From contig OZ251539.1 of NCBI GenBank assembly GCA_965243135.1, positions 5,088,001 through 5,152,000 on the forward strand: DNA of 64,000 bases. Reading direction: 5' to 3'. Within the stretch, counting starts at the first letter, position 1, and every line of letters begins with the position of its first letter. Under the pieces are notes generated by a model. The model made no database searches, was not told the DNA's origin, and worked only from the letters and a program-made list of their open reading frames with translations. Below, in pieces: positions 60,189 to 64,000 of this stretch. The DNA is from Alphaproteobacteria bacterium (GTDB lineage: Bacteria; Pseudomonadota; Alphaproteobacteria; MPNO01; UBA830). The position numbers and the translations under genes were made by a program.

Positions 60189-61502
60189 TCACAGCAGTCC
60201 CGGCGCCCACAAGGCGACGGCCGGAAAACCCACGATCGTCGCGAGGCGGAAAAAATCGCTGACGACGAACGGCATCACGCCCTTGAACGTCTCGATCAGA
60301 TCGACGTCCTCGGCCAGGGAATTGATAACGTAAACGTTCAACCCTACCGGCGGCGTGATCAATCCGGTTTCCACCACGCTCAGGACCAGGATCCCGAACC
60401 AGATGGCCTTGGCTTCCATCGACATGCCGAGGTCGAGTCCGAGAACGATCGGAAGAAACACCGGCACCGTGATCAGGATCATGGCCAGTCCGTCCATCAC
60501 TGCGCCCAGAAGGATGTAGATGACGAGGATCAGCGCGATCACGGCGAACGGCGACAACTCGCTCCCGGCGACCATCCCGGCGATGCGCTCGGGCAGTTCC
60601 GACAGCGCCATGAACGAACCGTAGATTTCGGCTCCGATCAGGATGAGGTAGATCATGCCGGTCGTTTTGGCGGTGCCGATCAACGACTCCTTGAACCCCT
60701 CCCACGTCATGCGGCGAAACAGGGCGACGACGCCGGTGCAGGCCGCGCCCACCGCGGCCCCCTCGGTCGGCGTGAAGACCCCGCGGTAGATGCCGCCGAT
60801 CACGATCAGGAATATGGCCGCCACCGGCCAGACGTATTTCAGGCTTTCCAGCCGCGCGCGCCAGGTCGCGCGTTCGTCCGACGGGCCGGCCTCGGGCCGG
60901 ATCCGGACGAAGATCCAGACTGCGGCGACGTAATACAGCGTCGCGATCATGCCGGGGAAAAAGGCCGCGAGGAACAGATCGCCGATCGACTGTTCGGTGA
61001 TGATCGCGTAGATCACGAGGATGATCGACGGCGGGATGAGGATGCCCAGCGTTCCGCCGGCGGCAAGGCACCCCGTCGACAACGCGCCGGAATATCCGAG
61101 CTTGCGCATCTCCGGCAGCGCGACGCTGGCCATGGTCGCGCCGGTCGCGATGGAGGATCCGCAGATGGCGCCGAACGCCGCGCAGCCGCCGATCGTCGCT
61201 ACCGCGATGCCGCCGCGGCGGTGGCCGAACCACGCCCTCGCCGAGCGAAACAGAACCGCGCCCAGCCCGGAATGCATCGCCAGTTGGCCCATGAAAACGA
61301 ACAAGGGGATGACCGAAAGGGAATAACTGGCCGTCCGGCCGACTGGCGCGCCTTCGAGCCAGACGAGAAACTGCTCGAAACTCGTAACGTGAATCATGCC
61401 GACCGCGCCCACGGTGAACAGGGCGATGGCGACCGGCATGCGCAGCGCGATCAGCGCCAGCAGCGCGGCGAACATGAGAACGGCGAGATCGGGACCGCTC
61501 AT
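60189..61502 (-). CDS. TRAP transporter large permease (DctM)
   Basis: IPLFVFMG, CGSS.ATGA, GGTLGILIPPS, TPTEGA, ITPPVGLN. Confidence 0.94.
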   Translation of the reverse strand: MSGPDLAVLMFAALLALIALRMPVAIALFTVGAVGMIHVTSFEQFLVWLEGAPVGRTASYSLSVIPLFVFMGQLAMHSGLGAVLFRSARAWFGHRRGGIAVATIGGCAAFGAICGSSIATGATMASVALPEMRKLGYSGALSTGCLAAGGTLGILIPPSIILVIYAIITEQSIGDLFLAAFFPGMIATLYYVAAVWIFVRIRPEAGPSDERATWRARLESLKYVWPVAAIFLIVIGGIYRGVFTPTEGAAVGAACTGVVALFRRMTWEGFKESLIGTAKTTGMIYLILIGAEIYGSFMALSELPERIAGMVAGSELSPFAVIALILVIYILLGAVMDGLAMILITVPVFLPIVLGLDLGMSMEAKAIWFGILVLSVVETGLITPPVGLNVYVINSLAEDVDLIETFKGVMPFVVSDFFRLATIVGFPAVALWAPGLL

Positions 61503-61963
61503 CGCCTCGCGAACGCTTTGCAGAGAGCGACCAGAGCGAATAGCGTCAGGCCGCCCGCGCCGACCGCGTGCAACCACCATGTCTTCATAGCCAGGAACAT
61601 CGATTCATCGCCGGTTTCGAACTTGTCGATTCCGCCGATCGCGACGCGCCATACGACGATCGCGAGAATCAGAAACAGAATCAGGTTCTGGACCGAATCG
61701 AGCGCCGCCCGGGCGCGCGGCGGCATCCGCGACGAGAAGAACTCGGCGACCAGATGGCCGTCGGAAGCGTGGGCGAACGCGAAGAAGAAAAAGGCGGCGA
61801 CGGAAATGCCGTATTCGACAATCTCGTAATCCCCCGTGATCGGAGCGCCGAACGCGTAGCGCCCGGCGACGCTTGCGACCGTGACGGCGGAGACCGCGAC
61901 GACCGCGAATCCGCCGATCAGCGCAACCCGCCGGGTGAACCGGTAAAGGCGTTCGACGTTCAT
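61499..61963 (-). CDS. TRAP transporter small permease (DctQ)
   Basis: 4 TM, PITGDYEIVE, GH. Confidence 0.9.
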   Translation of the reverse strand: MNVERLYRFTRRVALIGGFAVVAVSAVTVASVAGRYAFGAPITGDYEIVEYGISVAAFFFFAFAHASDGHLVAEFFSSRMPPRARAALDSVQNLILFLILAIVVWRVAIGGIDKFETGDESMFLAMKTWWLHAVGAGGLTLFALVALCKAFARR

Positions 61964-61999
61964 GTTCGAGAGGCGGCGGCCCGTGCCGCCGCCGCGCGT

Positions 62000-63031
62000 C
62001 TATTTGCCGAAGGCGGCTATCGCGGCTCGCATGTCGGCCAGGAGAGCCTCGCCGTCGATTCCCTTCTTCTTCATGTCGGCGATCCAACCTTCGATCACGC
62101 CTCTCGACGCCCGTTCCCAGCGCTGTTTTTCGTTCGCGGAAAACGCGTACATGGGCTTGCCGGACTTCTTCGCCACCGCGATGGCCGGCATGTCGTCATT
62201 GTGCCAACGCTCGCCGAACTCCCGCGCCAGCGCCATGCCGGAATTGCCGTCGACGACCTTCTGGAGGTCCGCCGGCAGTTTTTCGTAGCTCTTCCGGTTC
62301 ATGACCACCATAAGCACGCCCGAACTCAATCCCGGGAGCGCATAATGACTGGCCACGCGCACGATCTTGGTGGGCAGGGAAATAGTCCAGGCCGTGTAGA
62401 CCGCGTCGATCACGTTGCGCTGGAACGCTTCCGCCATCTTGATCCCGGGAATGCCCACCGGCGTCGCGCCGATCGCCTTGAACGCCTGACCGAGCGTGCG
62501 GCCGGAGACTCGGACCTTGAGACCCTTCAGGTCGTCCAACTTGGCGATGGGTTTGTGGGAAAACAGGGCGAACGGACCCGGCGCATGCAACACGATCGGA
62601 TGCGCGTCGGGAAAGTCCTTCGAAAACCACTTGTCGTAGAGGGACCAGATCGCCGGAGCCACGACGCGGGGCGAATGGCCGGAAACGAACGGCAACTCGA
62701 CCACCTCCAGCCGGGGAAACCGGCCGGGAGTGTATCCGGGCAGGGAATAGATGATGTCGACGAATCCCTTCCGCGCCTGGTCGTAGAGTTCGGACGGCTT
62801 GCCCCCAAGCTGGCGGGACGGGAACAGCTTGATCCTGATCCGGTCGCCCGAGTCCGCGCGAACCTTCTGGGCCCACCATTCGAGATTCTTGAACGAGCGC
62901 GCCACCGCCGGAACGAAAGTGTGCAGCCGCATCGAGACCTCCTGGGAATGCGCCGGAGGCGCTGCCGCGAGCATCAACGCAGCCGCTGCGGCCGCGGAAG
63001 CCGCGCCGAACGCGAGAAAAGCCGGTTTCAT
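62000..63031 (-). CDS. TRAP substrate-binding protein (DctP)
   Basis: Signal peptide, QLGGKP.ELYDQ, PGYTPGRFP..E..ELPF, DLKGLKVR. Confidence 0.93.
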   Translation of the reverse strand: MKPAFLAFGAASAAAAAALMLAAAPPAHSQEVSMRLHTFVPAVARSFKNLEWWAQKVRADSGDRIRIKLFPSRQLGGKPSELYDQARKGFVDIIYSLPGYTPGRFPRLEVVELPFVSGHSPRVVAPAIWSLYDKWFSKDFPDAHPIVLHAPGPFALFSHKPIAKLDDLKGLKVRVSGRTLGQAFKAIGATPVGIPGIKMAEAFQRNVIDAVYTAWTISLPTKIVRVASHYALPGLSSGVLMVVMNRKSYEKLPADLQKVVDGNSGMALAREFGERWHNDDMPAIAVAKKSGKPMYAFSANEKQRWERASRGVIEGWIADMKKKGIDGEALLADMRAAIAAFGK

Positions 63032-63199
63032 ATTGTCGTTCCTCCCGTTGCATGTCTTTGCGCTTTCCGGCGACGTGCCCGCGTCCCGGACGACAAGTGT
63101 AGCGCATTCGGCAAGACTGGTTCAAAACGCTCCGGCGCTTGTTGCTTCCCGGCGGCGGTACATGCGATGCTTCGCGATCCATAGCGGAGGCAGGCGCTG

Positions 63200-64000
63200 A
63201 TGAGCGATACGACGGACGCTTCGGAGGTGACGGTCGAACAGCTGGGCCCGTCATGCGGCGCGGAGATCCACGGGCTCGACGCGACCCGGCCCCTTGGCGC
63301 GACGATGGTGCGAACCATCCGCGACGCGCTGATGACCCACGGCATCCTCATATTCCGGGATCAGGACATCAGCCGCGAACAGCAGGCCGCGTTCGCGGCG
63401 CATTTCGGGACGCTGACCGTGCATCCCTTCTCGCCTCATCTCGACGAAATGCCGGAGATGATCGTCCTCGACAACGACGGCGGCAATCCGCCGCTGTCGA
63501 CCGATTGCTGGCACAGCGACGAGACCTTTCGACTCGAACCGCCCATGGGAACCGTCCTGCGCGCCGTCATCGTGCCGCGGGTCGGCGGCGACACCCTGTT
63601 CTCGAGCATGACCGCGGCTTACGAGGGGTTGAGCGACCGCATGCAACGGTTCGTCTCGGGGCTGGAAGCCGTCCACGACTTCAGGAATTTCCGGAAGCTC
63701 TTCGGCAGGAGCGCCGAGCACCGGAAGCGCCTCTGGGAAATGGAGGACGCGTTCCCCAATCCCGTGCATCCCGTGGTCCGCGTCCATCCGGAGACCGGAA
63801 AGAGGGCGCTTTTCGTCAACCCGCAATTCACCGTCGCGATCAAGGGCATGAAGGAAGACGAGAGCGACGCCCTCCTGGAACTTCTTTACCGTCAGGCTTG
63901 CGTCCCGGAATACCAGTTCCGCGTCGATTGGCGAGTCAACCTGATGGCGTTCTGGAACAATCCCATGGTCCAGCACTACGCCGCCCGGGACTATCTTCCC
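63200..64000 (+). CDS. TauD/TfdA family dioxygenase (3' partial)
   Basis: Own translation: GAEI.GLD, FRDQ, WHSD.TF, GGDTLF, HPVVR.HPETG..ALFVN, W.N...QHYA. Confidence 0.92.
   Translation, partial: MSDTTDASEVTVEQLGPSCGAEIHGLDATRPLGATMVRTIRDALMTHGILIFRDQDISREQQAAFAAHFGTLTVHPFSPHLDEMPEMIVLDNDGGNPPLSTDCWHSDETFRLEPPMGTVLRAVIVPRVGGDTLFSSMTAAYEGLSDRMQRFVSGLEAVHDFRNFRKLFGRSAEHRKRLWEMEDAFPNPVHPVVRVHPETGKRALFVNPQFTVAIKGMKEDESDALLELLYRQACVPEYQFRVDWRVNLMAFWNNPMVQHYAARDYLP

Overview
High-GC alphaproteobacterial (Rhodospirillales-like, inferred from gene content) chromosomal segment. 1-15.3 kb is conserved housekeeping: lptG-lptD-surA-pdxA-rsmA, the convergent fabD-fabG-acpP-fabF-mltG-yicC-gmk run, and rpsF-rpsR-DUF2232-rplI-NAD kinase. 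The rest is mostly catabolic and transport genes: two UbiD (de)carboxylases, an amidohydrolase, hcrCAB, a non-CODH molybdenum hydroxylase, two TRAP systems, MFS transporters and Fe/2OG dioxygenases. Accessory DNA is interspersed: two AT-richer islets resembling defence modules (K-channel-pore protein + GIY-YIG + hypothetical; ABC-type ATPase + small PD-(D/E)xK-like protein), an Rpn gene plus a duplicated stand-alone copy of its C-terminal part, and two decayed AAA-PD-(D/E)xK genes. The most unusual item is a monocistronic gene (58831-59454) fusing an NHLP/proteusin-type double-glycine leader to a CFI-box-CTERM-like domain, with a C11 tract in its probable promoter. Many accessory genes carry inferred 4-6 nt microdeletions. 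No rRNA, tRNA or CRISPR array was recognised. All family assignments come from motif recognition by eye, not database searches.
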